Below, piece after piece: positions 30,218 through 44,596 of a DNA stretch of 64,000 nt. The stretch's first letter is position 1. Every line of letters begins with the position of its first letter. Origin of the DNA: an uncultured Gemmatimonadales bacterium (lineage in GTDB: Bacteria; Gemmatimonadota; Gemmatimonadetes; Longimicrobiales; Gaopeijiaceae); the NCBI GenBank assembly GCA_963823035.1, contig CAWGKG010000018.1, forward strand, positions 448,001 through 512,000, read 5' to 3'. The notes under the pieces are model-generated. The model saw only the letters and a list, made by a program, of their open reading frames with translations, was not told the DNA's origin and did not search any database. Both the position numbers and the translations under genes were made by a program.

Positions 30218-30841
30218 ATGCCAATCTACCCACCGTACGTCATCGAGCGGACGAGCCGCGGCGAGCGCAGCTACGACATCTTCAGTCGGCTGCTGATGGA
30301 CCGCATCGTCTTCCTCGGCAGCCCCATCGACGACAACGTCGCGAACATCATCGTCGCGCAGCTCCTCTTCCTCGACGCCGAGGACCCCGAGCGCGACATC
30401 TTCATGTACATCAACTCGCCGGGCGGGGGCGTCTACGCCGGCCTGGCGATCTACGACACGATGCAGCACCTGCGCGCCCCGGTGTCCACGTTCTGCATCG
30501 GGATGTGCGCGTCGATGGGTGCCGTCCTGCTGGCGGCCGGCGAGAAGGGCAAGCGCAACGCGCTCCCCAACTCCCGGATCATGATCCATCAGCCGTCCGG
30601 CGGCTCGCAGGGAACGGCGGCGGACATCGAGATCGCCGCCCGGGAGGTCCTGTTCACCCGCGAGAAGCTCAACTCGATCCTGGCGAAGCACACCGGCCAA
30701 TCGACCGAGCAGATCTCCGAGGACGTGGACCGCGATCGCTTCATGAGCCCGCATGAATCGGTGGAATACGGGCTGATTGACCACGTTCTCGAGGGTCCGG
30801 CGCGCGCCGCGGCGAAACCGCAGGATGCGGACAAGGCGTGA
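30218..30841 (+). CDS. clpP: ATP-dependent Clp protease proteolytic subunit
   Basis: DIFSRLL.DRI, YINSPGG, ASMGA, IMIHQP, DRDRFM. Confidence 0.98.
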   Translation: MPIYPPYVIERTSRGERSYDIFSRLLMDRIVFLGSPIDDNVANIIVAQLLFLDAEDPERDIFMYINSPGGGVYAGLAIYDTMQHLRAPVSTFCIGMCASMGAVLLAAGEKGKRNALPNSRIMIHQPSGGSQGTAADIEIAAREVLFTREKLNSILAKHTGQSTEQISEDVDRDRFMSPHESVEYGLIDHVLEGPARAAAKPQDADKA

Positions 30842-30947
30842 TCGATACGAAAAGAGTTCCGTCCGGGCGCCAGAAGGGCGAAACTGGATGTAGGGCCGTG
30901 CCGCATGGCGACGGCCGCTCGAGCCGCTGGAGGAGCGAGGATCACCC

Positions 30948-32183
30948 ATGACCAGTGACAAACACCTTCGCTGCAGCTTCTGCGGGAAGTCCAAGGAGAG
31001 CGTCAAGAAGTTCATCTCCGGACCGAACGTGTACATCTGCAACGAGTGCATCTCGCTGTGCAACGAGATCCTCGCCGAGGAAGAGGAGCGCGAAGCCCAG
31101 GACGCGGTCGTACCCAGCCCGACCCCCGAGGAGATCAAGGACACCCTCGACCAGTACGTCATCGGGCAGGAAACGGCGAAGCGGGCGATGGCCGTCGCCG
31201 TCTACAACCACTACAAGCGGGTGAACCACCAGGGCGTGCTGGACGAGGTGGAGATCGACAAGGCCAACATCATGCTCGTCGGCCCCACCGGCGTCGGGAA
31301 GACGCTCCTCGCGCAGACGCTGGCACGCACGCTCCACGTTCCCTTCACGATCGCCGACGCCACCACGCTCACCGAGGCGGGCTACGTCGGTGAGGACGTC
31401 GAGAACATCCTCGTCCGGCTGCTGCAGGCCGCCGACTTCAACATCGCGGAATGCGAGCGGGGCATCGTCTACATCGACGAGATCGACAAGATCGCCCGCA
31501 AGTCGGAGAACCCTTCGATCACCCGCGACGTGTCGGGCGAGGGCGTGCAGCAGGCGCTTCTCAAGATCCTCGAAGGAACGATCGCGAGCGTCCCGCCCCA
31601 GGGCGGCCGCAAGCACCCGCAGCAGGAGTACATCCAGATCAACACCCGCAACATCCTCTTCATCTGCGGGGGTGCGTTCGACGGGCTGGAGAAGATCGTC
31701 GAGGGACGGATCGGCAAGCGACGGATCGGCTTCGGCGGGGACGACACCACGGCGGACCGGAGCGGGAACATCCTGCGCCACGTGGAGCCCGAGGACCTGC
31801 AGCGCTTCGGCCTGATTCCGGAGTTGGTCGGCCGCCTCCCGGTGACCGTCCACCTCGACTACCTCGACGAGGACGCGCTGACGCGGATCCTCGAGGAGCC
31901 GAAGAACGCGCTGGTCAAGCAGTACAAGAAGATGTTCGAGCTGGAGGGCATCGGGCTCACCTTCGACCGCGAGGCCATCAAGGCCATCGCCAGGAAGACG
32001 CTGGATCGCGGCACGGGCGCGCGCGGCCTGCGCTCGATCATCGAGAGCCTGATGCGCGACGTCATGTTCGAGATCCCCTCCCGCAAAGACGTGCGCGAGG
32101 TCGTCGTGACGCCCGAGTGTGTGGAGACGGGCGTGGCTCCGCTCCTGGTGCTGAGACCGGAGGAGCGCAAGCTGGAGGCCTGA
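30948..32183 (+). CDS. clpX: ATP-dependent Clp protease ATP-binding subunit
   Basis: CSFCGK zinc finger, [19 protein letters not shown] loop. Confidence 0.98.
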   Translation: MTSDKHLRCSFCGKSKESVKKFISGPNVYICNECISLCNEILAEEEEREAQDAVVPSPTPEEIKDTLDQYVIGQETAKRAMAVAVYNHYKRVNHQGVLDEVEIDKANIMLVGPTGVGKTLLAQTLARTLHVPFTIADATTLTEAGYVGEDVENILVRLLQAADFNIAECERGIVYIDEIDKIARKSENPSITRDVSGEGVQQALLKILEGTIASVPPQGGRKHPQQEYIQINTRNILFICGGAFDGLEKIVEGRIGKRRIGFGGDDTTADRSGNILRHVEPEDLQRFGLIPELVGRLPVTVHLDYLDEDALTRILEEPKNALVKQYKKMFELEGIGLTFDREAIKAIARKTLDRGTGARGLRSIIESLMRDVMFEIPSRKDVREVVVTPECVETGVAPLLVLRPEERKLEA

Positions 32184-32309
32184 CGTCACCCGGCCCTGTC
32201 GGCTGGACGACAACCGCGCGAGCGGCCCACCACGCCTTTTCCCGCGAGCACCGTCGTCGTACGATACGGCCTTCCAGCTTTCCGACCCCTACCAGGACGC
32301 GACGTCGGG

Positions 32310-34720
<2,411 letters not shown>

Positions 34721-34724
<4 letters not shown>

Positions 34725-35362
34725 AGATCCACAACGTCGAGTACGCCGGCACGATTGCGGGGCCTGGGCAACCGGTGCCCGGGGATCTGCCGCAGATCGC
34801 CTTCTCCGGCCGCTCCAACGTCGGCAAGTCCTCGCTCATCAACACGCTGCTGCGGCGCACCCGCAGCAAGATCGCCCATGTGTCCGCCACGCCCGGGAAG
34901 ACCCGCGCGCTCAACTTCTACGTCGTCAACGAGCGCTTCTTCCTGGTCGACCTTCCCGGCTACGGGTACGCGCGCGTGCCCGAAGCGGTGCGTGGGGCCT
35001 GGCAGACGCTCATCGAGTGGTATCTGGGCGAAGTGCCCGGCGTTCGTGGCGTGGTACACCTCGTCGACGCCCGCCACGCGCCCACGCGGCACGACACGGC
35101 GATGGTGAGCTACCTGGCCGGGCTCGGCATGCCCGCTCTGGTCGTGCTGACGAAGATGGACAAGCTCAAGCAGACCCAGCGCGACGCATCGGTGGCGCGG
35201 GCGCTCTCGGAGCTGTCCCTGGACGAGGAGCAGCTGGTCCCCTTCTCCGCCAAGACGGGCGAGGGCAGGGATGCGCTCCTGGAGGCCCTCGACGCCCTCC
35301 TGGACGACGGCGAGGCCGGCACGGGGGTCGAACCCGCCCCGGATGGAGGGGAAGGACCATGA
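34721..35362 (+). CDS. engB: Ribosome biogenesis GTPase EngB/YihA
   Basis: GRSNVGKSSLIN, PGKT, DLPGYGY, TKMDK. Confidence 0.95.
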
Positions 35363-35967
35363 GGGGCATGCTCGCGTTGGGGACGGTCGCAGCCCTTGCC
35401 GTGGCGCAGGGCTGCGTCCCGACCCCTGGCGCGTCCCCCGGAGGAGCACCCGAGCCCCTTCCCGCCCCAGGCTCGGGGACGCTCCGTCAGGACGAGATCA
35501 CGATCCATCTCACCAGCGGTGATCTCCAGGTCAAGGTCACGCCCCTGGCCGAGTCCGTGATCCGCGCCGCCGCACCCGACACCTACCGGATGCTCTCCGG
35601 CCTCGCGGGGCGCTTCAGCCCGGAGGCCGTACGGCGCACGGGCAGCGCCACGCCGGCACTCTTCCTGGTATCGTTCTTTTCGAACGCACCCGACGTGGCC
35701 TTCGTGCCGGAGGAGCTGCAGCTCATCGCGCAGGGCTCGCGCCGACGTCCCGACGCGATCCTACCGGTCACGCCCAGCTGGGGGGAACGCCGCCTGGCGC
35801 AGCGGGAGACCGAGACGGCCGTCTACGCCTTCGCGGGCGACGTCGACCTGGAGTCCGACCTGGTCGTGGCCTACGGGCTCATGGAGAGCGCACAGTGGAG
35901 CGCCATCCTCCCGAGGGTGCGCGCGGAGCGAGCGCGAGCGCGAGCGCGGGGTGGCGTGCGGCCCTGA
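35359..35967 (+). CDS. Hypothetical lipoprotein
   Basis: Signal peptide with lipobox-like AQGC; ATGA overlap with engB stop. Confidence 0.65.
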   Translation: MRGMLALGTVAALAVAQGCVPTPGASPGGAPEPLPAPGSGTLRQDEITIHLTSGDLQVKVTPLAESVIRAAAPDTYRMLSGLAGRFSPEAVRRTGSATPALFLVSFFSNAPDVAFVPEELQLIAQGSRRRPDAILPVTPSWGERRLAQRETETAVYAFAGDVDLESDLVVAYGLMESAQWSAILPRVRAERARARARGGVRP

Positions 35968-35986
35968 AGGCGAAAGCCGACCGCCC

Positions 35987-37589
35987 TCAACCGTCCAGCC
36001 CGTACTTCGAGATCTTGCGGTAGAGCGTCCGCTCGCCAATGTCGAGCATCTCCGCCGCCTTGCGTCGGTTCCCATCCACCGCCTCGAGTGCGGCGCGGAT
36101 GGCCTCACGTTCCATGTCGTCCATGGTCATGCCCGGACGGAACACCACCTCCCTGTCCGCGCCCGGCAGGGCGTGGTCGGTGGGTCCGACGTCCTCCTGC
36201 CCGTCCCCCTCGCCATCCGAGATGCCGAGCGCGGGGCCGGACAGCTCCACGGCCCGGGCCGGTAGCTCCCAGGTGGTCGGCCGCGCCCATGCCTGCTCGG
36301 GAACCACCAGGGCGGTCTCCCGCCGGTAGGCCTCGAACTCACGCCGCAGGTCGTCCATGTCGACGCGCAGGTCGACGAGCGTCCTGAAGACGAACTCGAG
36401 CTCCGGTCGCAGATCGCGGCCCCGCACCGGGGCGGTCGTCGCGGAACGAAGGATCGTCGCCGGAAGGAGGCTCCGGCCCCGGCCGCTCCGCACCTCCGAG
36501 GGGATGTCGTTCGGCCCGATCGTGCGGCCGTGCGCGAGCACGACCATCGACTCGACGAGGTTGCGCAGCTCGCGGACGTTGCCGGGCCATACGTAGTCGC
36601 GCAGGATCTCCATCGCCTCGGACGAGAGGCCCGCGAAGCTGCCGGTCGTGGCGCTCGGACGCGTCCCGCACGAACTCCTCCACCAGGAGGGGGATGTCCT
36701 CCCGCCGCTCGCGCAGCGGCGGCAGCACGATATGCAGGACGTTCAGGCGGAAGTACAGGTCGCGCCGGAACTCGCCGATCGCGAGCAGCTGCCGCAGGTC
36801 CTGGTTCGTCGCCGCGACGATGCGCACGTCGACGAGGATCGCCTTCTCGCCACCCACGCGGTGGAACTCGCGCTGCTCGAGGACGCGCAGCAGCTTCGTC
36901 TGCGTGGCCATCGGCATCTCCCCGATCTCGTCGAGGAAGATCGTACCCCCATGGGCGAGCTCGAACAGGCCTCGGCGGGAATCGATCGCCCCGGTGAACG
37001 CCCCTTTCTCGTGGCCGAAAAGCTCCGACTCGAGGAGCGTCTCGGAGAGGGCGGCGACGTTCACCGCGATGAACGGCTTGTGGCGGCGGGGCGACAGCCC
37101 GTGGATGCCGCGGGCGACCAGCTCCTTCCCCGTGCCCGACTCGCCGGTCACCAGCACGGTGGCCGACACCGGCGCGATCTGCACGACGCGTTCGAGCACC
37201 TCCCGCATCGCGTCGGTCTCGCCGATGATCCCGGTGATCCGCTGCAGGCGGCGGCGTTCGATGGCCATGCGCCCCACCGCGGCGACGTCCGCGGCCGTGG
37301 TCGACGCGGCGAACACCTCGTCGAACCCGGGGCGGAGCGCGGGCGGGAGGTGCTCGCCCGCCACGATCGCGAACACGGGGATCCGCAGCCGCTCGCGGGC
37401 CTGGCGGGCCAGCTCGCCGCCTCCACGCTCCGCGCCTCCCGTGAGCACGAGGAGGACGGCGCCCGTCGTCTGGACCTCCTCGGTCGCCGTCACCAGATCG
37501 GTCCCGTATCCCGCACGCGTGAAGGCCTCGCGGAGGGCGCCCGCGCGTTCCAGGTCGTGCGTGGAGATCAGGACGACGTCGTCCTTCAC
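35987..37589 (-). CDS. Sigma54-dependent enhancer-binding transcriptional activator (frameshift near 36630)
   Basis: [40 protein letters not shown], Fis-type HTH. Confidence 0.92.
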
Positions 37590-38093
37590 GACGAGGCCCC
37601 CGAAGGCGCGTGGGGGGCGTCTTCGCCGTGCAGCAGCGCCACCGCATGCCCCACGACCCGGTCCAGTGTCTCCAGCCCGTCGCGCACCCCGTTCCGGGCT
37701 TCCCGGGAGGTTCACGACCAGGGTGGCCCCGCGCGCGCCGGCGAGGCCGCGCGACAGCATCGCGTGCACCGTCTTGGCGTTTCCGCGACGCCGGATCTCC
37801 TCGGCGAGCCCCGGCGCCTCGCGCTCGAGCACCGCCCGCGTCGCCTCCGGCGTGACGTCGCGGGGGCCCAGACCCGTGCCTCCCGTCGTGAGCAGGAGGT
37901 CGACCTCACCCCCGTCGCACCACGCCAGGAGCACCGGAACGATCCGGTGGGTATCGTCGGGCACGAGGGCCCGGGCCGTAACCTCGTGCCCTCGCTCGGC
38001 CGCCCAGGCGGCGATCGCGTCGCCGCTCCGGTCCTCGCGCTCCCCACGCGAGCCGGCGTCGCTCACCGTGAGGATCCCCAGACGAATCGCCAC
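37586..38093 (-). CDS. mog: MogA/MoaB molybdenum cofactor biosynthesis protein (frameshift near 37695)
   Basis: [32 protein letters not shown]. Confidence 0.88.
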
Positions 38094-38098
38094 CGACC

Positions 38099-39208
38099 CT
38101 ACCGGCGGATCGAGCCCTGGGTGTAGAACGGCGGGCGCTGCACCAGCGCATCCACCGTCTTTCCCCGGATGTCCACCTGCACGGGCGTATCCGCCTTGGA
38201 CAGCGCGGGCGGCACGTAGCCCATGCCGACGCCGTAACCGAGCGACGGGGCCACCGTGCCGCTCGTCACCACGCCCACCGGCTCGCCCCCGGACACGACG
38301 GCGTAGCCCGGGCGGGGGAAGCCCTTGCCCGTCAGCTTGAAGCCGACGAGCCGCCGCGGCACCCCTGCCCCCTTCTGCTTCACGAGCGCATCGCGCCCCA
38401 CGAAGTCGCCCTTGTCCAGCTTGGTGATCCAGCCGAGCCCGGACTCGAGCGGCGTGTGCTCCTCGTCGAGGTCGTTTCCGTAGAGCGCGTAGCCGACCTC
38501 CAGGCGGAGGGAGTCACGGGCACCCAGGCCGGCCGGGATGAGCCCCTTCCCCTCGCCCTCCTTCATCAGCGCGCGCCACACGGCGACCGCGTCGGCGTTG
38601 TCGAGGTAGAGCTCGAAGCCGTCCTCCCCCGTGTAGCCGGTCCCCGAGATCACGGCGGGCGCGCCGTCCACGGAGCCCTCCAGGAAGTGGTAGTAGCGCA
38701 CGTCATCGACGTCGATGTCAGCGAGCGGGCGCAGGATCTCTCGCGCGGCCGGGCCCTGGAGGGCGATGAGCGCGGTCTCGTCGGACCGGTCCTGCACATC
38801 CACGTCGAAGTCCTCGGCGTGGCGGCGGATCCACGCCAGGTCCTTCGCCGCGTTGGAGGCATTCACCACCAGCATGTAGCGGTCGGCGAACCTGTAGACG
38901 ATCAGGTCGTCGACGACGCCGCCGTGGTCGAGGCACATGGCGGAGTACTGCGCCTGACCCACCTCCATCTTCGACGCGTCGTTGACCGTGACCTTCTGGA
39001 TCAGGTCCAGCGCCTGCGGGCCACTCAGGACGAACTCGCCCATGTGGGAGACATCGAACAGCCCTGCGGCCTCGCGCACCGCCCGGTGCTCGGCCGTGAT
39101 GCCGCTGGGATACTGCACCGGCATCTCGAAGCCGGCGAACGGGACGATCTTTCCCCCCAGCGCGACGTGCTCGTGGTACAGGGGCGTGCGCTTCAGCGAG
39201 TCGCTCAT
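38099..39208 (-). CDS. gcvT: Glycine cleavage system aminomethyltransferase T
   Basis: [34 protein letters not shown]. Confidence 0.97.
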   Translation of the reverse strand: MSDSLKRTPLYHEHVALGGKIVPFAGFEMPVQYPSGITAEHRAVREAAGLFDVSHMGEFVLSGPQALDLIQKVTVNDASKMEVGQAQYSAMCLDHGGVVDDLIVYRFADRYMLVVNASNAAKDLAWIRRHAEDFDVDVQDRSDETALIALQGPAAREILRPLADIDVDDVRYYHFLEGSVDGAPAVISGTGYTGEDGFELYLDNADAVAVWRALMKEGEGKGLIPAGLGARDSLRLEVGYALYGNDLDEEHTPLESGLGWITKLDKGDFVGRDALVKQKGAGVPRRLVGFKLTGKGFPRPGYAVVSGGEPVGVVTSGTVAPSLGYGVGMGYVPPALSKADTPVQVDIRGKTVDALVQRPPFYTQGSIRR

Positions 39209-39216
39209 CTCTAGCG

Positions 39217-40128
39217 TCACCCTCTCATGAGCTCGACGAGGATTGCCTTCTGGGCGTGGAGGCGGTTCTCCGCCTCCGGGAACACGCGGGACTGCGGACC
39301 ATCGATGACCTCGGCGGCGACCTCCTCGCCTCGGTGCGCGGGGAGGCAGTGCAGGAAGATCGCGTCGGGCGCGGCACGGGCCATGAGCGCACCGTCCACC
39401 TGGAAGCCGCTGAACGCGCGGGCGCGCGCCTGCGCCTCCTCCTCCTGCCCCATGGAGGCCCACACGTCCGTGGTGACGACCCGTGCGCCCGCCGCGGCCT
39501 CCGCAGGATCACGTGTCAGCACGACCTCCGTGCCTTCGCGGGCCCGCTCCACGAGCCCCGCGTCCGGGTCGTAGCCCTCCGGACAGGCGAGGCGGAGGCG
39601 GAACCCGAAACGCCACGCCGCGTTGATCCAGGAGTTGGCCATGTTGTTGCCGTCCCCGATCCACGCCACGGTCAGGTCGCGTAGCTCGGACCCGAACTCC
39701 TCCTGGACGGCCTGCACATCGGCCATCACCTGGCAGGGGTGCAGCAGGTCGGTGAGGCCGTTGATGACCGGGACCGTGGCGTGGCGCGCCAACTCCTCGA
39801 CCTCGGCGTGGGCGAAGGTGCGGATCATGATGCCGTCGACGTAGCCCGACAGGACCCGGGCCGTGTCGTGCACCGACTCGCCTCGCCCCATCTGACTGTC
39901 GCGGTCGGAGAGGAAGAGCGCGTGCCCGCCGAGCTGCACCATCCCCACCTCGAACGACACGCGGGTGCGCGTCGAGCTCTTCCGGAAGATCATGGCCAGG
40001 CACTTCCCGGCCAGGACGTTGCCCCCCTCCTCCCCGGACTTCATCCGGCGGGCGCGATCGAGGATGCCCAGGAGCTCCTCACGCTCGAAGTCCGGAATGG
40101 CCAGGAAGTCACGCTTCGCAGACGTCAT
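39217..40128 (-). CDS. argF: Ornithine carbamoyltransferase
   Basis: STRTRVSF, HPCQ, WASMG, FLHCLP, AENRLH. Confidence 0.96.
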   Translation of the reverse strand: MTSAKRDFLAIPDFEREELLGILDRARRMKSGEEGGNVLAGKCLAMIFRKSSTRTRVSFEVGMVQLGGHALFLSDRDSQMGRGESVHDTARVLSGYVDGIMIRTFAHAEVEELARHATVPVINGLTDLLHPCQVMADVQAVQEEFGSELRDLTVAWIGDGNNMANSWINAAWRFGFRLRLACPEGYDPDAGLVERAREGTEVVLTRDPAEAAAGARVVTTDVWASMGQEEEAQARARAFSGFQVDGALMARAAPDAIFLHCLPAHRGEEVAAEVIDGPQSRVFPEAENRLHAQKAILVELMRG

Positions 40129-40153
40129 GCGATACCCTTTCCTCGGCGAGCCG

Positions 40154-41639
40154 CTACAGGATGTAGCGTCTAAGGTCCTCGTCCTCGGCGAGCTTCTTCA
40201 GCCTCTCGCGCACGAACTCCCTGTCGACGAGCAGCTTCTCCGTAACCGTCTCGGGGAGGTCGAACATCACGTCCTCCAGGAGCGTGGTCATCACGGTCTG
40301 CAGGCGGCGCGCCCCGATGTTCTCCATGCGCTCGTTGAGCTCGGACGCGATGCGGGCGATCTCCGCGATGCCGTCTGTCGGCGAACTCGACGTGGGCGCC
40401 CTCGGTCTCGATCAGAGCGCGATACTGGTGGATGAGCGCGTTGCGCGGCTCCTGCAGGATGCGCACGAACTCCGCCTCACCGAGGTTCTTGAGCTCCACG
40501 CGGATCGGGAAGCGGCCCTGCAGCTCGGGGATCAGGTCGGACGGCTTGGCGACGTGGAACGCGCCCGCCGCGATGAAGAGGACGTGGTCGGTGCGCACGA
40601 GCCCGTACTTCGTGCCGACGGTCGAGCCCTCCACGATGGGGAGGAGGTCGCGCTGCACCCCCTCCCGGCTCACGTCCGGACCGGCGCCACCCCGCTCCCC
40701 GGCGATCTTGTCGATCTCGTCGAGGAAGACGATCCCCATCTCCTCGGTGCGGTAGAGCGCCTCGTTCACCACCTCGTCCATGTCGACGAGCTTGTCCAGC
40801 TCGTCCTGCACCATGATGCGCCGCGCCTCCGACACGCTCACCGTACGCCGCTTGGTGCGCTTGGGGAGCATGTCCTGCAGCATCTCGGTGAAGTTGTAGT
40901 CCATCCCCTCCATCCCCCCCATGGGAACCATCATCCCGTCGAGGGAGGGCGACTGCTGGACCTCGATCTCCACCTCGCGGTCCTCGAGCTTCCCGTCCTT
41001 CAGGAGCTGACGGAGCTTCTCCCGGGTCCGATTGCGACGAGAGCGCACGTCCTCGTCGGAGCCCGAGGCTTCCACGCCCCCCGGGCCCGCGATGTAGACG
41101 TGCGGGTGTCCGTCCGGGTCCTCGTCCTCGGTCTTCGGCTCCTCCTTCGTCGGCGGGAGCAGGAGGTCGAGGATGCGCTCCTCCGCTCGTGCCTCGGCGA
41201 GATCCTGCACCTCGTCCTCGCGTTCGGCGCGCACGAGGTTCACGGCGATGTCGACCAGGTCGCGGACGATCGACTCGACGTCACGCCCGACGTAGCCGAC
41301 CTCCGTGAACTTGGAGGCCTCGACCTTGAGGAACGGCGCGCCGGCAAGACGGGCGAGCCGGCGCGCGATCTCGGTCTTCCCCACGCCCGTGGGGCCGATC
41401 AGGATGAGGTTGTTGGGGAGGATCTCGTCACGAAGCTCCTCCCCCACCCTCTGACGGCGCCAACGGTTGCGCAGCACGATGGCGACGGCCTTCTTCGCCT
41501 CGTCCTGACCGACGATGTACTTGTCGAGCTCGGCGACGATCTGGCGCGGTGTGAGCTCGTCGATCCACGGCGCCTCCGCGGGGTCGAGCTCCACCGGTGG
41601 CGTGGGAGGCGGGGCGGCCTCCATCTCCTTCGTCGTCAT
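40154..41639 (-). CDS. hslU: ATP-dependent protease ATPase subunit HslU (frameshift near 40378)
   Basis: [32 protein letters not shown]-terminal DEDLRRYIL in the second frame. Confidence 0.95.
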
Positions 41640-42190
41640 CCCTCACCTCCCGGGAGCTCCAGCACGACGATGTCCTGGTTGGTGTAGATGCAGATCTCCC
41701 CGGCGATGGACAGCGCCTGATGGACGATCTCCTTCGCGTCGAGCTCCGAATGACGCTGCAGCGCGCGCGCGGCGGCGAGCGCGAAGGTCCCCCCGGAGCC
41801 GATGGCGAGGATGTCGTCGTCCGGCTCGATCACGTCGCCGGTGCCGCTGACCAGGAAGAGATGCTCGTGGTCGGCGACCGCGAGCAGCGCGTTGAGGCGC
41901 CGCAGGTAACGGTCGGTCCGCCAGTCCTTGGCGAGCTCGACCACGGCCTTGGTGAGGTTCGCGGGATAGCGCTCGAGCTTCTCCTCCAGCTTCTCGGAGA
42001 GCGTGAACGCGTCGGCCACGGCTCCGGCGAAGCCCGCGAGGATACGGCCGTCCTTCAGGGCGCGCACCTTGCGGGCGCTCCCCTTCACGATCGTCTCGCC
42101 CATCGTGACCTGGCCGTCGCCGCCCATGGCGACGCGGCCGTTCCTGCGGACGGCGAGAACGGTGGTGGATCTGGTTTCTGGAAGGGTCAT
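41636..42190 (-). CDS. hslV: ATP-dependent protease subunit HslV
   Basis: TTVLAV, GDGQVT, GFAG..ADAFTL, IGSGG, ICIYTN. Confidence 0.96.
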   Translation of the reverse strand: MTLPETRSTTVLAVRRNGRVAMGGDGQVTMGETIVKGSARKVRALKDGRILAGFAGAVADAFTLSEKLEEKLERYPANLTKAVVELAKDWRTDRYLRRLNALLAVADHEHLFLVSGTGDVIEPDDDILAIGSGGTFALAAARALQRHSELDAKEIVHQALSIAGEICIYTNQDIVVLELPGGEG

Positions 42191-42280
42191 CTTCCCTCGA
42201 TTTCCGGCTCTTTTCGGGCAGCTTCGATCAGCGGGTCCGAAAGCTAACCCAAATCCTGCCGATCTGGCAGACGGGGTCGC

Positions 42281-43238
42281 TCACCCGGATCGGGGGTGCG
42301 CGTCGCGGTACACGCGCAGCAGCCGTTCCTTGGTGGTGTGCGTGTAGATCTGGGTGGTGGACAGGCTCACGTGCCCGAGCAGCTCCTTCACAGCCAGGAG
42401 GTCGGCGCCGGCCTCGAGGAGGTGCGTCGCGAAGGAATGGCGGAGCGCATGGGCGGAGAGCCCGCGCGCGCCGGCCGTCGTATCCAGGCAGCGGTGCACC
42501 GCCTCCTGGATGGAGCGCCTCGACAGCCGGCCACCACGCGCGTTCAGGAGGACCGCGCCCGCGTCGCCGGGGTTCTCTCCCGCCAGCGGCCGCCTCGGAC
42601 CGGCGGGGGGTGTAGCGGTCCAGCGCGCGCAGCGCCGTCTCCGTGACAGGCACGATCCGCTCCTTCCTCCCCTTCCCGACCACGCGCGCCAAACAGCGCC
42701 CGCGGTCGATCGCCTCCAGATCCAGCGTGTGCAGCTCGGCGAGGCGCAGCCCCGAGCCGTACAGGAGCTCGAGGATCACCAGGTCCCGGGTGCCCGCGAG
42801 CGTGTTCTCCGCCGCGCGCGCCTCCGCGACCTCGAACACGGCGCGCACGTCGGCCTGCGAGAGGTGCCCCGGCAGCCGACGGTCGATCTTCGGCGCCCGC
42901 ACCGCGCGCGTGGGGTTGGCGGGAATGCGGTCGTCGAGGTGGAGGAAGCGGAAGAACGCGCGCACCGCGGACAGCTTGCGCGCCACCGTGCGTCGTGACC
43001 GCCCGCGGCGCCTGCACCATCCCAGGAAGCCCCGCAGGGCGAGACGGTCCACCTCCTCCCATCCCCACCCGCCGTGGCCCAGGTACTCGGCGAGGAAGGC
43101 CTCCAGCTCCTGGAGGTCCCGCCGGTACGCCTTGACCGTGTTCTCCGAGAGCTGCCGCTCGTCGGCCAGGTGGCGGAGAAAGGCCGCCGTCTCCGCGCGC
43201 TCCGGCCGACCGTGGGTGTCGGAAGCGGAGGCGGACAT
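42281..43238 (-). CDS. xerC: Tyrosine recombinase XerC (frameshift near 42580)
   Basis: [51 protein letters not shown]; conserved trmFO-xerC-hslV context. Confidence 0.88.
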
Positions 43239-43252
43239 CTCCCGGACCCCGG

Positions 43253-44596
43253 TCAGGGCCCGGTGGAAGCCGCGGGGAGGGGAGCGGCGGCGATGCCGTG
43301 CTCCTCCATCCAGCGCTCGAAGTCCACGCGCGCACGCTCGGCCAGCGCCTCGCGCTTGGCGCGCTTGTCGCGGATCCGCTCGTTCAGGGGATCCACGAGC
43401 CCCCAGTTCGAGTTCATCGGCTGGAAGCGCTTCACGTCGCACTCCCTCAGGTACCGGAAGAGCCCGCCGAGCATCGTGGTCGGCGGCGGCACGACCGGGG
43501 CCTCCCCCGCGACGACCCGCGCGAGGTTCACGCCGGCCAGGATGCCGCTCGCCGCCGACTCCGTGTAGCCCTCCACACCGGTGAGCTGCCCCGCGAAGAT
43601 CAGGTCGTCCCGATCGCGCGGCGAGCCGTGCGCCGTGAGGCGGCCCGGGAAGTCGAGGTAGCTGTTGCGGTGGATGGAGCCCCAACGCAGGAACTCCGCG
43701 TCGGCCAGCCCGGGAATGGAGCGGAACACACGGCCCTGGTCGCCGATCTTCATGCGGGTCTGGAACCCCACCATGTTCCACATCTGTCCGGCTCGATCCT
43801 CGCGGCGTAGCTGCACCACCGCCCAGGGGCGACGCCCCGTGCGCGGGTCGGTGAGCCCGATCGGCTTCATCGGCCCGAAGCGCAGGGTGTCGTCCCCACG
43901 CGCGGCCATCACCTCGATCGGGAGACAGCCCTCGAAGTACGGGACCGAGTCCCAGTCGTGCCCCTCGTGGACCTCGGCACCCTTGAGCGCCGCGACGAAC
44001 GCCTCGTACTCCTCGCGGCTCATGGGGCAGTTGAGGTAGTCGGCGTCCTCGTCGAAGCGGCCCGCCTCGAAGGCGATGGAGCCGTCGATGCTGTCACGGT
44101 CCACGATCGGTGCGATCGCGTCGTAGAAGGCGAGCCCGCCCTCGCCGAGGGCACGCGCGATCGCCTCGGCGAGCGCGTCGGAGGTCAGCGGGCCCGTGGC
44201 GATCACCGCCGGCCCGGCCGGCAGCGCGGCACACTCCTCGCGGACGACCTCGATACCGGGAGTGGCCGCGACGGCTGCGGTCATCGCCCCCGCGAAGAGG
44301 TCGCGGTCCACGGCGAGGGCCGATCCCGCCGCCACGCGCGACTGGTCCGCGGCGTCGAGGAGGACGGATCCGAGCGCGCGCATCTCCCGCTTGAGCTGCC
44401 CGTGCGCGTTGCCCGGATCCTCGGTCTTGAAGGAGTTCGTGCACACGAGCTCGCCGAGGCGGTCCGTGCGGTGGGCCGGCGTCTGCCGCACCGGGCGCAT
44501 CTCCACCAGCCGCACCGCGTGCCCGTGGCGGGCCAGACGCACGGCCGCTTCACAGCCGGCCAGCCCTCCGCCCACGACGGTCACCGCGTCGGTCAC
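43253..44596 (-). CDS. trmFO: Folate/FAD-dependent tRNA (uracil-54) methyltransferase TrmFO
   Basis: GGGLAGCEAA, ELVCTNSF, FYDAIAPI, FEGCLPIE, AGQLTGVEGY.ES. Confidence 0.95.
   Translation of the reverse strand: MTDAVTVVGGGLAGCEAAVRLARHGHAVRLVEMRPVRQTPAHRTDRLGELVCTNSFKTEDPGNAHGQLKREMRALGSVLLDAADQSRVAAGSALAVDRDLFAGAMTAAVAATPGIEVVREECAALPAGPAVIATGPLTSDALAEAIARALGEGGLAFYDAIAPIVDRDSIDGSIAFEAGRFDEDADYLNCPMSREEYEAFVAALKGAEVHEGHDWDSVPYFEGCLPIEVMAARGDDTLRFGPMKPIGLTDPRTGRRPWAVVQLRREDRAGQMWNMVGFQTRMKIGDQGRVFRSIPGLADAEFLRWGSIHRNSYLDFPGRLTAHGSPRDRDDLIFAGQLTGVEGYTESAASGILAGVNLARVVAGEAPVVPPPTTMLGGLFRYLRECDVKRFQPMNSNWGLVDPLNERIRDKRAKREALAERARVDFERWMEEHGIAAAPLPAASTGP

Noticed and set aside
36339..38093. Apparent Mog-sigma54 activator fusion (also mltG-thiE, nupC-punA and topA-trmFO fusions in the ORF track)
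   Set aside because: Produced by frameshifts or open upstream frames. Each gene has its own start and stop, mostly with GTGA/ATGA overlaps.
42281..43238. Tyrosine recombinase as a phage or island integrase
   Set aside because: XerC-type motifs in conserved housekeeping context; no att sites or mobile cargo.
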